Source: Halobacterium sp.
GTDB taxonomy: Archaea; Halobacteriota; Halobacteria; Halobacteriales; Halobacteriaceae
DNA length: 64,000 bases
Direction: 5' to 3'
NCBI GenBank assembly: GCA_042216245.1
Contig: JBDGUB010000010.1
Span: forward strand, 50,481-114,480
The first letter of the stretch is position 1. Each line of letters opens with the position of its first letter. The notes beneath the pieces were generated by a model. The model had not been told where the DNA came from, did no database searches, and saw only the letters and a list, made by a program, of their open reading frames with translations. Below are positions 9,355 to 19,010 of this stretch, in pieces. A program made the translations under genes and the position numbers.

Positions 9355-9669
9355 ATGGAATTCTGCGACGAGTGCGGCTCGATGATGAAAGCAGAGGACG
9401 GCCTCTGGGTCTGCGGGAGCTGCGGGAACAAGCAGCCGAAGAACCCCGACGCCTCCTACGTGGTCACCGAAGGCCAGGAGGAGACCGAGATCGTCGACGT
9501 CAGCGACGCCGAGGACAAGGGCCTCCCGACGACGGAAGTCCACTGTCCGGAGTGCGGGAACGACCGCGCGCACTGGTACATGCAACAGATCCGGTCCGCC
9601 GACGAGTCCGAGACGCGCTTTTTCATCTGCACGGAGTGCGAGCACCGCTGGCGCGAAGACGACAACTAG
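9355..9669 (+). CDS. tfs: Transcription factor S (RpoM/TFS)
   Basis: MEFCDECGSMM..CPECGN..QIRSADESETRFFICTECEHRWRE, two Zn ribbons with the SADE acidic hairpin. Confidence 0.95.
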   Translation: MEFCDECGSMMKAEDGLWVCGSCGNKQPKNPDASYVVTEGQEETEIVDVSDAEDKGLPTTEVHCPECGNDRAHWYMQQIRSADESETRFFICTECEHRWREDDN

Positions 9670-9806
9670 ACCGCCGCGCGCTGCCGCCACAGCCGCCCCG
9701 GAGTTCAAGTACGAGGACGCGACCAGTCCTGCGCGTGACCTGACAGCACGCGGGGCGGTCACAGCGGCGAGGCGGCGAGCCGCCCCCACGGACAGCCGCC
9801 GGACAG

Positions 9807-10526
9807 CTACGGGTTCCGCGCGAACAACAGGTAGCCGGTGTGGCCGACGCCCGCGGTCGACGGCCGCGACCCGCGCTCGTCGAAGTCCATCTCGCGCTGG
9901 ATCGTCTCCACCGTCTCGACGCCCGCGAGCCCCGCGTCGCGGGCCGCCTGCTCGGCGGCGCGCGCGTTCTCCACGAACGGCGAGTAGACGGCGACGAACC
10001 CGCCGGACACCAGGAGGTCGCCGGCGCGCTCGACGACCGCGGGCGCGTCCTGGGTGTCCAGCGTCAGCAGGTCGAACCCCGAGAGGTCCTCGAGGTGTTC
10101 GGTCACGTCGCCGGCCCGCACCTCGACGCGGTCCGCGACCGACGCGAGCTCCATGTTCTCCCGGGCGACCTCGGCGAACTCGGCGTCCTGCTCGAACGTC
10201 AGGACGTCGGCACCCATGCGGCCGAGGTAGGCCGCGAGGACGCCGGTTCCCGTGCCGGCGTCCAGCACGCGGTCGCCGGCGGCCGCGCCCGTGTGCCCGA
10301 CGACGAGCCCGATGTCCTTCGGCATCATCGGCGCGCCCGTGCGCTGGAAGTGATTGAAGAGGTCGGGGGCGCGGAGCTCCCGGACCGTGAACGGCTCGCC
10401 GAGGTGGGTTTCGACGGTCTGCCCGGGCTCCGGGTCCGTCGGGGCTTCGACGACGCCGAGGTCGGTGTGGAGTTCCTCGCCGGGCGCCACGAGGAACTCG
10501 CGGTCGCCCCGAACGAGCAGCATCAC
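9807..10526 (-). CDS. trmI: tRNA (adenine-N1)-methyltransferase TrmI
   Basis: RTGAPMMPKD, VLDAGTGTG, VYSPFVE, RPSTAGVGHTGYL. Confidence 0.9.
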   Translation of the reverse strand: MMLLVRGDREFLVAPGEELHTDLGVVEAPTDPEPGQTVETHLGEPFTVRELRAPDLFNHFQRTGAPMMPKDIGLVVGHTGAAAGDRVLDAGTGTGVLAAYLGRMGADVLTFEQDAEFAEVARENMELASVADRVEVRAGDVTEHLEDLSGFDLLTLDTQDAPAVVERAGDLLVSGGFVAVYSPFVENARAAEQAARDAGLAGVETVETIQREMDFDERGSRPSTAGVGHTGYLLFARNP

Positions 10527-10921
10527 TCCAGCCGGTCGATGGCCGCCGCGAGGTCGCCGTCGGCCGCCTCCAGGGCGTCGCGGGCCTCGTCCTCGCTGGC
10601 GCCGGTGCGCTGGACGACGATGTCGACGTCGCCCTGGGGAATCCCCTCGCCGCCGGCGTCAGTGCCGTCGGCTTCCTCGCCGCCGGATTCGCCGCCGGCC
10701 TCGAGTTCCGCGGCCTCGCGCTCGCTCGGCTCGCCGATGATCTGGTAGGTCTCCTGCCCGCGGGCGTCCATCTTCGTCACGTCGGGGTCCGAGAACACCA
10801 GTTCGGTGCCGTCGGCCTGCTTGATGACGACCTCGCTGGCGTCGATCTCATCGACGTCGATCCCCATCTGTTCCATCATCTGTTTCATCTTCCGTGGGTT
10901 CATGCCGCCGCCTCCAAACAT
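10523..10921 (-). CDS. nac: Nascent polypeptide-associated complex protein
   Basis: MNPRKMKQMMEQMGI.. NAC domain plus C-terminal UBA (DVDIVVQRTGASEDEARDALEAADGDLAAAI). Confidence 0.95.
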   Translation of the reverse strand: MFGGGGMNPRKMKQMMEQMGIDVDEIDASEVVIKQADGTELVFSDPDVTKMDARGQETYQIIGEPSEREAAELEAGGESGGEEADGTDAGGEGIPQGDVDIVVQRTGASEDEARDALEAADGDLAAAIDRLE

Positions 10922-11024
10922 ACGCGAACGCTCGCGTCGCGGGAAGAAAAGGATGGCGAACCCGAGTAGTGCGCCGTAGCGCCGACAGCCGCGCGCTACG
11001 CCGCGTTCGGGGCGTCGCGGTGAC

Positions 11025-11498
11025 TCACTCGGCTTCGACGCCGTCGCGGACCATCACCGCCATCCCGGTGTCGAAGTCCCGCATCGACTGCGCGTCGAGT
11101 TCGGCGCGCCCGACCGCGACGAGGTCGCCGCGCTCGTGGACGACGGCGACCTCGTCGCCAGCCCGGACGGCGTCGTCGACGTCGCCGACGAACTTCGCGA
11201 AGACGTTCTTGCCGTCCCGGACGAACGGCTCGCTCTCGTCGCCGACGACGACGCGCGCCGCCGGGTACTCGAGGGCGTCCGCGAGCCGCCGGCCGCCCGC
11301 GACGCCGAGCGTGAGTCGGCCGTCGAGGCCCACGGAGACGAGCCGGCTGCCGTCCTCGCGGGCGACCTGCTGGGGGCGGCCCGTGCTCGAGCGCCGGACC
11401 TCCAGGTCCTCGCCGTGGGGGAACAGCGCCGCGCCGGCCGCCGCGCCGAACTGGTAGTCCGCGACGGTCCGGAGCGCCGCGACGTCCGCGTCCTGCAT
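11025..11498 (-). CDS. PUA-domain protein (archaeosine tRNA-guanine transglycosylase C-terminal-like)
   Basis: LRTVADYQFG..PFVRDGKNVFAKFV..GDEVAVV..AVGRA. Confidence 0.85.
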   Translation of the reverse strand: MQDADVAALRTVADYQFGAAAGAALFPHGEDLEVRRSSTGRPQQVAREDGSRLVSVGLDGRLTLGVAGGRRLADALEYPAARVVVGDESEPFVRDGKNVFAKFVGDVDDAVRAGDEVAVVHERGDLVAVGRAELDAQSMRDFDTGMAVMVRDGVEAE

Positions 11499-11624
11499 GG
11501 TTGCCGGTCGGCAGGCCGCGCGTAAAGCCGCTTCGGGTCGGCGAGCCGGCGTCGAATCCGCGGCGTCAGCGTCAGCTACGGGAGAGTGGATGCGCTTATG
11601 TGACTCGGGGGGTTACCGGCGTCC

Positions 11625-11813
11625 ATGGACGACACTACGAAGATCGGTATCGCGGGCGTGTTGCTCGTCGCGAGTTCGGTGCTGCTGTTCTGGTCGGGGC
11701 TCGACCCGTCGGCGACGATGACGCTGCTCGGCGCGGCGGGACTGGCGACGACCGGGCTTGCGGCGGCATCCCTCCTGATGGGGAGCACGGGCTCGGACGG
11801 CCGGATGGTCTAG
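11625..11813 (+). CDS. Small two-TM hypothetical membrane protein
   Basis: 62 aa with two hydrophobic segments; cttat TATA-like element ~28 bp upstream. Confidence 0.6.
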   Translation: MDDTTKIGIAGVLLVASSVLLFWSGLDPSATMTLLGAAGLATTGLAAASLLMGSTGSDGRMV

Positions 11814-12307
11814 AGCAGGAACGTCTCTTCTCGCTCGCTGAGGTCGACGAACGCGTCGGCGGCCTCGACGAGCTCCTCCGACGCCGACGAGGAGAACGCC
11901 ATCACTTCGACGCGCACGCCCTCGTGGCGGAGGTGGTGGCAGAGCCGGGAGAAGTCGCCGTCGCCCGTGCAGAGGACGATGGTGTCGACGTGGTCCGCGA
12001 GCGCGACGGCGTCGAGGCTGAGCCCGACGTCCCAGTCGGCCTTCTTCGACCCGTCGCCGAACGTCTTGATGTCCTTGATCTTGGTCTCGAAGCCGATGTC
12101 GTGGAGCGCGTCGAAAAAGCGGTCCTCGTCCTCGGCCTGCGCGCGGATGACGTACGCGATGGCCCGGCTGAGCTGGCGGCCCTGCACGGCCTTCTCGAGG
12201 AGCGACGAGTAGTCGATGTTCTGGGAGTAGACGCTCTGTGCGGAGTGATAAAGGTTCTGCGCGTCGGCGAGGACGGCGACGCGCTGCCCGGAGTGAATCG
12301 GCGGCAT
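11810..12307 (-). CDS. NYN/LabA (DUF88) PIN-fold protein
   Basis: VAVLADAQNL, KADWDVGLSLDA, LCTGDGDFS, EELVEAADAFVDL. Confidence 0.9.
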   Translation of the reverse strand: MPPIHSGQRVAVLADAQNLYHSAQSVYSQNIDYSSLLEKAVQGRQLSRAIAYVIRAQAEDEDRFFDALHDIGFETKIKDIKTFGDGSKKADWDVGLSLDAVALADHVDTIVLCTGDGDFSRLCHHLRHEGVRVEVMAFSSSASEELVEAADAFVDLSEREETFLL

Positions 12308-12396
12308 ACCCCCGCTACGGGTTCGTCACGTAAAGAAAGTACGCGCTGGTCGTCGCTTCGCCTGTCGTTCCAGAGTGGTGGCCTCGCCGAGGTCGG

Positions 12397-13038
12397 TCAC
12401 GCCGACGGCGTCTCGAAGCGCGCGAGTTCGAGCGTGTCCGGGTCGAGTTCGTAGTAGTGCTCCCAGGCGGGGGCGAGCGAGCGCACGCGCGTCTCGCCGA
12501 ACGTGCTCTCGGCGTCCTCGTGGTGGTGGCCGACGAGACAGAGGTCGGGTTCGACCGCCTGCAGAATCTCGTCGATGTACTTGCAGCCGACGTCGTATTC
12601 CTCGGTGACGGGGAGGCCGTGGGGGGCTTCGTGCGCGATGAAGACGTCGACGTCCTCGAGTTCCTTCGCGCGTTCGACGTCCTCGCGGACGAAGTGCCGG
12701 CGGCGGTCGCCGTGCAGCAGCTCCCGGGGTTTCTCGAACTGCGTCGGCGCGTAGTTCCCGGAGAGCCCGGCGACCCGGAGGCCGTGGACGTCCTCGACGG
12801 TGCTGTGGAGGAGGACCGCATTCGAGACGTCGCCGCTCTCGACGCGGCCGTGGCGCAGGGACTCGACGACGTCGAAGTCCTCGTTGTTGCCGGCGACGAA
12901 GTACGTCGGAATCGGGAGGTCGTAGTACATGAGGTCCCCGGCCTGGAGCGCGACGTCGGCGTCCGCGTCGCGGTACGCGGCGAAGAGCGCGCGGCGGCGG
13001 TCGGGCGTGGCGGCGTGGGCGTCGCCGAGGACGAGCAT
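12397..13038 (-). CDS. Calcineurin-like metallophosphoesterase
   Basis: LGDAH, QAGDL, VAGNNE, IAHE, VGHHH. Confidence 0.88.
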   Translation of the reverse strand: MLVLGDAHAATPDRRRALFAAYRDADADVALQAGDLMYYDLPIPTYFVAGNNEDFDVVESLRHGRVESGDVSNAVLLHSTVEDVHGLRVAGLSGNYAPTQFEKPRELLHGDRRRHFVREDVERAKELEDVDVFIAHEAPHGLPVTEEYDVGCKYIDEILQAVEPDLCLVGHHHEDAESTFGETRVRSLAPAWEHYYELDPDTLELARFETPSA

Positions 13039-13193
13039 CCACCGGTACTCCGGCCAGAGGACGCAAAAAACCCCCGAATGCGTCTCTCCGGGAGCGGGGG
13101 ATGGCGGGTCTGGTGGGCCGCGGGCCGCGAGTCTGTCAGCGGCGCGCGGAGCGCCCGGACGCGAGTCCGGCAGGCGTTGACCCCGGCGACAGG

Positions 13194-13394
13194 CATTTAC
13201 CGGTGTGGGTCGCATCCTGGGGTATGACCGGCGTTCCCTCCGACGCGACCGCGGCCCCGGGGAGCGCCGTCTCCTTCTTCGGGAAACGCAAACGCGGCAC
13301 AGCCACTCGATAGGCTCGCCGCGGGCGTAGCACCCCCGTGCCGGGTTCACGCGACGGGCACCACTCGCTAATCGGCGTTTCCCAGCACACACCA
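13194..13394 (+). promoter_or_regulatory. Putative promoter and structured 5' leader of the lysine (dap) operon
   Basis: TTTA at 13196-13199 lies 28 bp before ATG 13224; I see no TATA-like element at the same distance before dapA; overlapping hairpin arms at 13330-13361. Confidence 0.55.
13224..13313 (+). CDS. Putative leader peptide (uORF) MTGVPSDATAAPGSAVSFFGKRKRGTATR
   Basis: Leaderless ATG at the canonical distance from the TATA-like box; AAA-CGC-AAA-CGC near the C-terminus; 81 bp upstream of dapA. Confidence 0.5.
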   Translation: MTGVPSDATAAPGSAVSFFGKRKRGTATR

Positions 13395-14300
13395 ATGGAA
13401 CTCAGCACACCAGTGGACGGCGTCTACCCCGCGATGACGACGCCGTTCACAGACGACGGACGCATCGACTTCGAACGACTCCGAGCGCACGCCCGGCGCC
13501 TCGTCGACCGCGGCGTCGACGGCCTCGTCCCGGTCGGGACGACGGGGGAGAGCGCGACGCTCACGCACGACGAACACGTGGAGGTCGTGGAGGCGGTCGT
13601 GGACGCGGCCGGCGACGACGTCCCGGTCATCGCGGGCGCTGGCAGCAACTCGACGCACGAGGCCGTCGGACTCGCCGGCCGGTCCGCGGACGCGGGCGCC
13701 GACGCGCTCCTCCTGATTTCGCCGTACTACAACAGGCCCGAACCCGAGGGCATGGAGGCTCACTACCGGGAGGTCGCGGACCGCGTGGACGTCCCCCAGG
13801 TCGTCTACAACGTGCCGTCGCGGACGGGCCGGAACATCGCCGTGGAGACCGCCGTCTCGCTGGCGAGCCACGAGAACGTCGTCGGGTACAAGGCGGCGAG
13901 CGGTGACGTGAGCCGGGTCAGCGAGGTCGTCGAGCGGACGCGCGGCGAGGACTTCACCGTGCTCTCCGGCGACGACGGCCTGACGCTGCCGATTCTCTCC
14001 GTGGGCGGCCGGGGCGCAATCAGCGTCACGGCGAACGTGGAACCGGAGCGCGTCGGCGACCTCGTGTGGTCGGCGCTCGACGGCGACCTGGCGGCGGCCC
14101 GCGAGCGCCACCACGAGCTCGCGGCGCTGAACCGCGCGCTGTTCGCGGAGACGAACCCGATTCCCGTGAAGGCCGCCCAGGAGATCCGCGGGCACGGCCC
14201 CGCGAACTACCGGTCGCCGCTCTCGGCGCTGTCCGACGACCAATACGACACCCTCGAGTCCGTGCTCGCGGACCTCGAGGCGGCAGAGGTACCCGCATGA
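13395..14300 (+). CDS. dapA: 4-hydroxy-tetrahydrodipicolinate synthase
   Basis: GTTGES, SPYYNRP, YNVPSRTG, GYKAASG (Schiff-base Lys), TNPIPVK. Confidence 0.96.
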   Translation: MELSTPVDGVYPAMTTPFTDDGRIDFERLRAHARRLVDRGVDGLVPVGTTGESATLTHDEHVEVVEAVVDAAGDDVPVIAGAGSNSTHEAVGLAGRSADAGADALLLISPYYNRPEPEGMEAHYREVADRVDVPQVVYNVPSRTGRNIAVETAVSLASHENVVGYKAASGDVSRVSEVVERTRGEDFTVLSGDDGLTLPILSVGGRGAISVTANVEPERVGDLVWSALDGDLAAARERHHELAALNRALFAETNPIPVKAAQEIRGHGPANYRSPLSALSDDQYDTLESVLADLEAAEVPA

Positions 14301-15058
14301 GAGTCGGGGTGACTGGCGCAACCGGCCGGATGGGGCGGACTGTCCGGGCGGTCGCCGGGGAGCGCGGCCACGAGGTCGCGTTCGCGACGACGCGGGACCC
14401 GGACAGTAACTCGGCGGACACCGACCTCGATTCGGCCGGCGAGTTCGGCGCGCTCCTCGAGTCGCGCGCGCCGGACGCGGTCGTGGACTTCACGGCGCCG
14501 GCGTCGAGCGTCGAGTACGCGTCCGCGTGCGCCGACGCCGGCGTCCCGATCGTGGTGGGGACCACGGGGTTCAGCGACGGCCAGCGCGCGTCGCTGCGCG
14601 CGGCCGGCGAGCGAGCGCCGGTGCTCCTCGGCGCGAACTTCTCCCGGGGCGTCCAGGCGCTCCTGGACGCGGTCGAAGCCGCGGTGTCGGCGCTCCCCGA
14701 GTACGACGTCGAGGTCACCGAAACCCACCACAACGGGAAGGTGGACGCGCCCAGCGGCACCGCGAACCTCGTCCTGGACCGAATCGACGACGCGCGCGGG
14801 ACGGACGCCGACCGCGTCCACGGCCGCGAGGGCGACCAGCCCCGCGAGTCGGGCGAGGTCGGCGTCCACGCGCGCCGCGCCGGCGACGTGACCGGCGAAC
14901 ACGAGGTCCTGCTCGCGGGCAACAGCGAGGTCCTCGAACTCGCGCACCGCGCGGGCTCCCGGGACGTGTTCGCGGCCGGGGCGCTCGACGCCGCGTCGTG
15001 GCTCGCCGACCAGTCGCCCGGCTTCTACCGGTTCTCGGAGGTGGCGTCGGCCGTATGA
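14297..15058 (+). CDS. dapB: 4-hydroxy-tetrahydrodipicolinate reductase
   Basis: GATGRMG, VDFT, GTTG, ETHHNGKVDAPSGTA; ATGA coupling. Confidence 0.95.
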   Translation: MRVGVTGATGRMGRTVRAVAGERGHEVAFATTRDPDSNSADTDLDSAGEFGALLESRAPDAVVDFTAPASSVEYASACADAGVPIVVGTTGFSDGQRASLRAAGERAPVLLGANFSRGVQALLDAVEAAVSALPEYDVEVTETHHNGKVDAPSGTANLVLDRIDDARGTDADRVHGREGDQPRESGEVGVHARRAGDVTGEHEVLLAGNSEVLELAHRAGSRDVFAAGALDAASWLADQSPGFYRFSEVASAV

Positions 15059-15888
15059 GCCTCGAGAGCGAGATCCGCGACCTCTGGGCGCGCCACGAGG
15101 CCGGCGACCTCTCGGCGGACACCGCGTCGGCCGGCGACGCCGACACCCTGGACGCGTTCCTCGACGCCCTGGAGGCCGGGGACGTGCGCGCCGCCCGCGA
15201 GGACGGCGGCGAGTGGGCGGCCGTCGAGTGGGTGAAGCGCGGCGTCCTCCTGAACTTCGCGCTCCGGGAGACCGAGCGCCGCGAGTACGGCGGCGTGGCG
15301 TACCACGACGTCCTCCCGCTCCGGGCCACCGACGACCTCCTGGCGCGAGGCACCCGGAACACGCCGGACGGCACCGTGCTCCGGCGGGGCGCGCACGTCG
15401 GCGACGACTGCATCGTGATGTCGCCGGCGTTCGTGAACGTCGGCGCGCACGTCGGGGACGGCACCCTCGTGGACTCCTGTGACACCGTCGGGTCGTGCGC
15501 GCAGGTCGGCGAGGACGTCAAGCTCGGCGCGAACACGCTGATCGGCGGCGTCCTCGAGCCCGTCGAGGACGCGCCCGTCGTGGTCGAGGACGGCGTCTCG
15601 CTGGGCGCAGGCTGCCGGGTCACGTCCGGGTTCGTCGTCGGCGAGGACTCGGTCGTCGGCGAGAACACGCTGTTGACGCCCCGCATCCCCGTCTACGACC
15701 TCGTCGAGGAGGAAGTCCTGTACGGCGAACTGCCGCCGGAGCGCCGCGCATTCACGCGGTTCGTGGAGTCCTCGGTCGGCGAGCACGACCTCTTCGACGG
15801 CGGCGCGTACAAGCCCGCGGTCGTCGCGATGGACCTGGAGGCGGAGACGCTGGACGCGACCCAGCGCGAGGAGGTGCTGCGGTCGTGA
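15055..15888 (+). CDS. dapD: Tetrahydrodipicolinate N-succinyltransferase
   Basis: EWVKRGVLLNF, hexapeptide repeats, TVGSCAQVG, IGGVLEP. Confidence 0.93.
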   Translation: MSLESEIRDLWARHEAGDLSADTASAGDADTLDAFLDALEAGDVRAAREDGGEWAAVEWVKRGVLLNFALRETERREYGGVAYHDVLPLRATDDLLARGTRNTPDGTVLRRGAHVGDDCIVMSPAFVNVGAHVGDGTLVDSCDTVGSCAQVGEDVKLGANTLIGGVLEPVEDAPVVVEDGVSLGAGCRVTSGFVVGEDSVVGENTLLTPRIPVYDLVEEEVLYGELPPERRAFTRFVESSVGEHDLFDGGAYKPAVVAMDLEAETLDATQREEVLRS

Positions 15889-17111
15889 CGGGGGCGCCCG
15901 CGGTTCGACGGCTCGCGGACTGGTCGGCCGGCGACCTGCGGGCGCTCGCCGCGGAGTACGGCACGCCGCTGTACGTCCAGGACCTCGACCGCGTCCGAGC
16001 GAACTACGACCGGCTCGCGGCGGCGTTCCCGGACGCCGACGTGTGTTACGCCGTGAAGGCGAACGCGGGCCGCGCGGTCCTCGCGGCGTTCCGGGACGCG
16101 GGCGCCGGCGCGGAGTGCGCGTCCGCGGGCGAGGTGTACCGCGCCCTGGAGGCCGGTTTCGAGCCCAGTGAGATTCACTACACGGCCGTCAATCCGCCCG
16201 GCCGCGACCTCGAGTACGTGCTCGACGCGGCGCCCGAGGCGACGGTCGTCGCGGGCGCCCGGGACACCGTCGACCGGCTCGCGGAGCGCGGGTTCGACGG
16301 CCGGTTCGCGCTCCGCGTCCACCCCGGCGTCGGCGCCGGCCACAGCGACGCGGTGGCGACCGGTGCGGACGCGAAGTTCGGCGTCCCGCACGGCGACGCG
16401 CTGGGCGTGCTCGCCGACGCCGCCGACCGCGGGTTCGACGTCGTCGGCGTGCACGCGCACGCCGGCAGCGGCGTGCTCACCGACGCGGACGTCGCGACTC
16501 ACCACGAGGTCGTCGAGCGCGTCGCCGCCGTCGCCCGCGAATCGCCCGTGGACCTGGAGTTCGTGGACGTCGGCGGCGGCTTCGGCGTCCCGTACCACCC
16601 CGACGAGGAGCCGCTCGACCTCGACGCCGTCGCGGCCGCGACCCGGGACGCGCTCGCCGGCGTGGACGCCCGGCTCGTCGTCGAACCCGGCCGGTTCCTG
16701 GTCGCGGACGCGGGCGTCCTGCTGACCGAAGTGAACACCGTGAAGCCGGCCGGCGGCGCGACGCTCGCGGGCGTCGACGCCGGCATGACCGCGCTGCTGC
16801 GGCCCGCGCTCTACGACGCCTACCACGACGTCCGGTCGCTCGCGCCGGACGCCGGCGACCGGTCCCGGGCGGACGTCACCGTGGTCGGCCCCATCTGCGA
16901 GAGCACGGACGTCCTCGCCGAGGACCGCAGCCTCCCCGCGCCGGCGCGCGGCGACGTCCTCGCCGTCGGGAACGCCGGCGCGTACGGCATCGAGATGGCG
17001 TCCCAGTACAACTCCCGGCCGCGGCCCGCCGTCGTCGCCCTCGAGGGCGGCGACGCCCGGCTCGCCCGCGAACGCGACTCCCTCCCCGCACTCACTGCAC
17101 ACGAACGATGA
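15885..17111 (+). CDS. lysA: Diaminopimelate decarboxylase
   Basis: GTPLYV, YAVKAN (PLP Lys), HAHAGS, DVGGGFG, EPGRFLV, GPICES, GAYG; GTGA coupling. Confidence 0.95.
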   Translation: MTGAPAVRRLADWSAGDLRALAAEYGTPLYVQDLDRVRANYDRLAAAFPDADVCYAVKANAGRAVLAAFRDAGAGAECASAGEVYRALEAGFEPSEIHYTAVNPPGRDLEYVLDAAPEATVVAGARDTVDRLAERGFDGRFALRVHPGVGAGHSDAVATGADAKFGVPHGDALGVLADAADRGFDVVGVHAHAGSGVLTDADVATHHEVVERVAAVARESPVDLEFVDVGGGFGVPYHPDEEPLDLDAVAAATRDALAGVDARLVVEPGRFLVADAGVLLTEVNTVKPAGGATLAGVDAGMTALLRPALYDAYHDVRSLAPDAGDRSRADVTVVGPICESTDVLAEDRSLPAPARGDVLAVGNAGAYGIEMASQYNSRPRPAVVALEGGDARLARERDSLPALTAHER

Positions 17112-17926
17112 TTCCCTACGACCGATACCACGGCACTGGCAACGACTTCGCGATCGTCGACGCGTCCAACCACGTCCCGGACCGCGGGGCGTTCGCCGAG
17201 ACGCTGTGCGCGCGCCTCGGCGTCGACGGCGTGCTCTTCCTCGCGCTCGAGACCCGGTACACGCCGCCCCGCGCCGTGATGACACTCGTCCAGCCCGACG
17301 GCTCGACGGCGGACATGTGCGGGAACGGCGCGCGCTGTGCCGCCCGGTGGGTCGCCGAGCAGACCAGCGCCGACGCCGTGATGCTGGACACGCAGGCGGG
17401 CACCCGGCGCGCCGACGTGGACGGCGAGACGGTGACCGTGGAGATGGGCGCGCCCGAGTTCGACCCGGCCGGCGTCCCGGTCGTCAGCGAGGACGCGATG
17501 GTCAGGGGGCGCATCGCGGGCTACGAGGTGACGGCCGTGAACACTGGCGTCCCGCACGCCGTCGTCTTCGTCGACGACGTGGACGACGTGGCACTCGAAG
17601 CCGACGCGCCCGAAATCCGGCACCACGGGGTGTTCCCGGAGGGCGCGAACGTGACCTTCGCCTCCCCGGACGGCGACGGCGGCTTCCGCCAGCGCACGTT
17701 CGAGCGCGGCGTCGAGGGCGAGACGCAGTCCTGTGGCACCGGCGCCGTCGCCGTCGCCGCCGTCGCGCACCGCGAGGGACGCTGCGGCGAGCGGGTGTCG
17801 GTACGGCCGCCCGGTGGGACTCTCCGCGTCGACCTCTCAGGGGGTCGCGCGACGCTCCGCGGGCCGACCGAGTACGAGGGCGAGGGCGAAGCCGACCCCG
17901 AACCCGCCCGACAGGTCGATGCCTGA
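17108..17926 (+). CDS. dapF: Diaminopimelate epimerase
   Basis: YHGTGNDF, MCGNGARC, NTGVPH, FERGVEGETQSCGTG. Confidence 0.95.
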   Translation: MIPYDRYHGTGNDFAIVDASNHVPDRGAFAETLCARLGVDGVLFLALETRYTPPRAVMTLVQPDGSTADMCGNGARCAARWVAEQTSADAVMLDTQAGTRRADVDGETVTVEMGAPEFDPAGVPVVSEDAMVRGRIAGYEVTAVNTGVPHAVVFVDDVDDVALEADAPEIRHHGVFPEGANVTFASPDGDGGFRQRTFERGVEGETQSCGTGAVAVAAVAHREGRCGERVSVRPPGGTLRVDLSGGRATLRGPTEYEGEGEADPEPARQVDA

Positions 17927-18986
17927 GTTCGACCCGCCCGCGTTCCACGAGCGCGCCGTCCGCACGCCCTCCCACGAGGACGTGTCCGGGATGCGCGACC
18001 TGCTCGTCGACACCCTGCGCGAGCACGGCCACCCGCCCGACGTGGACGACGCCGGAAACGTCCTCGCGTCCCGGGGAGAGGGGCGGCCGCACGTCGTCCT
18101 GAACACGCACATCGACACCGTGCCGCCGCACGTCGAGTATTCGCGGGACGGGGACGTGGTTCGGGGGCGGGGCGCGTGCGACGCGAAGGGGCCGCTGGCC
18201 GCGCTCCTCGCGGCGTTCCTCGCGGTCGACCCCGCGAAGGGCCGGGTGACGCTCGCGATTACGCCCGACGAGGAGACCGAATCGGCGGGCGCAGACGCGC
18301 TCTCCCTCGACGCGGACGCCTACGTCGTCGGCGAACCGACCGACCTCGCGGCGTGCACGAGCGCCCGCGGTCGCTTCCAGGCGACCGTTTCGCTGTCCGG
18401 CGTCGGCGCGCACGCCGCCGACCCCGCCTCGGGCGCGAACGCCGTCGCCGCCGCGGAGCAGGCGCTCGCCGCGATTCGCAGGTTCGACGCGGAGCGCGGC
18501 CCCGACCGCCACCCGGAACTCGGGCCGCCGACGCTGACGCCGACGCGAATCCGGGGCGGGGACGCCGCTAATCGGGTGCCCGACGACTGCGATGTCGTCG
18601 TGGACCGGCGGACGGTCCCGCCGGAGACACAGGAGTCGTTCTTCGCCGACTTCGAGGCGCACGTCCGCGACGCCGTGCCCGAGGACGTGGGCGTGGACGT
18701 GAATCCGGTCGAGCGCGACACGCCGTTCCTCGAAGCGTTCGACACGCCCGACGACGCGGACGTGGTGCGCGCGCTCCGGGAAGCGGGCGCGGCCGACCCG
18801 AAACCGTTCGGCGCCGCCACGGAAGCGTCCTACTTCGCCGCGGACGCGCCGACGGTCGTGTTCGGACCGGGCGTGCTGGCCGACGACGATGGACCGGTCG
18901 CGCACGCCCAACGCGAGTACGTGCGCCGGTCGGACGTGGAACGCGCCGCAGAGGTTGTGACGGACGCGCTCGCCGCGCTCGTCTGA
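17919..18986 (+). CDS. dapE: Succinyl-diaminopimelate desuccinylase (M20A)
   Basis: THIDTV, GRGACDAKG, DEET, GEPT, AH; last gene of the dap operon. Confidence 0.8.
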   Translation: MPEFDPPAFHERAVRTPSHEDVSGMRDLLVDTLREHGHPPDVDDAGNVLASRGEGRPHVVLNTHIDTVPPHVEYSRDGDVVRGRGACDAKGPLAALLAAFLAVDPAKGRVTLAITPDEETESAGADALSLDADAYVVGEPTDLAACTSARGRFQATVSLSGVGAHAADPASGANAVAAAEQALAAIRRFDAERGPDRHPELGPPTLTPTRIRGGDAANRVPDDCDVVVDRRTVPPETQESFFADFEAHVRDAVPEDVGVDVNPVERDTPFLEAFDTPDDADVVRALREAGAADPKPFGAATEASYFAADAPTVVFGPGVLADDDGPVAHAQREYVRRSDVERAAEVVTDALAALV

Positions 18987-19010
18987 GCCGCTCCGAGAGA
19001 ACAGTCGGCG

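Noticed and set aside
13040-13394. Lysine (L-box) riboswitch
   Set aside because: I cannot see the conserved L-box elements; the uORF explains the region better. An Rfam scan would settle it.
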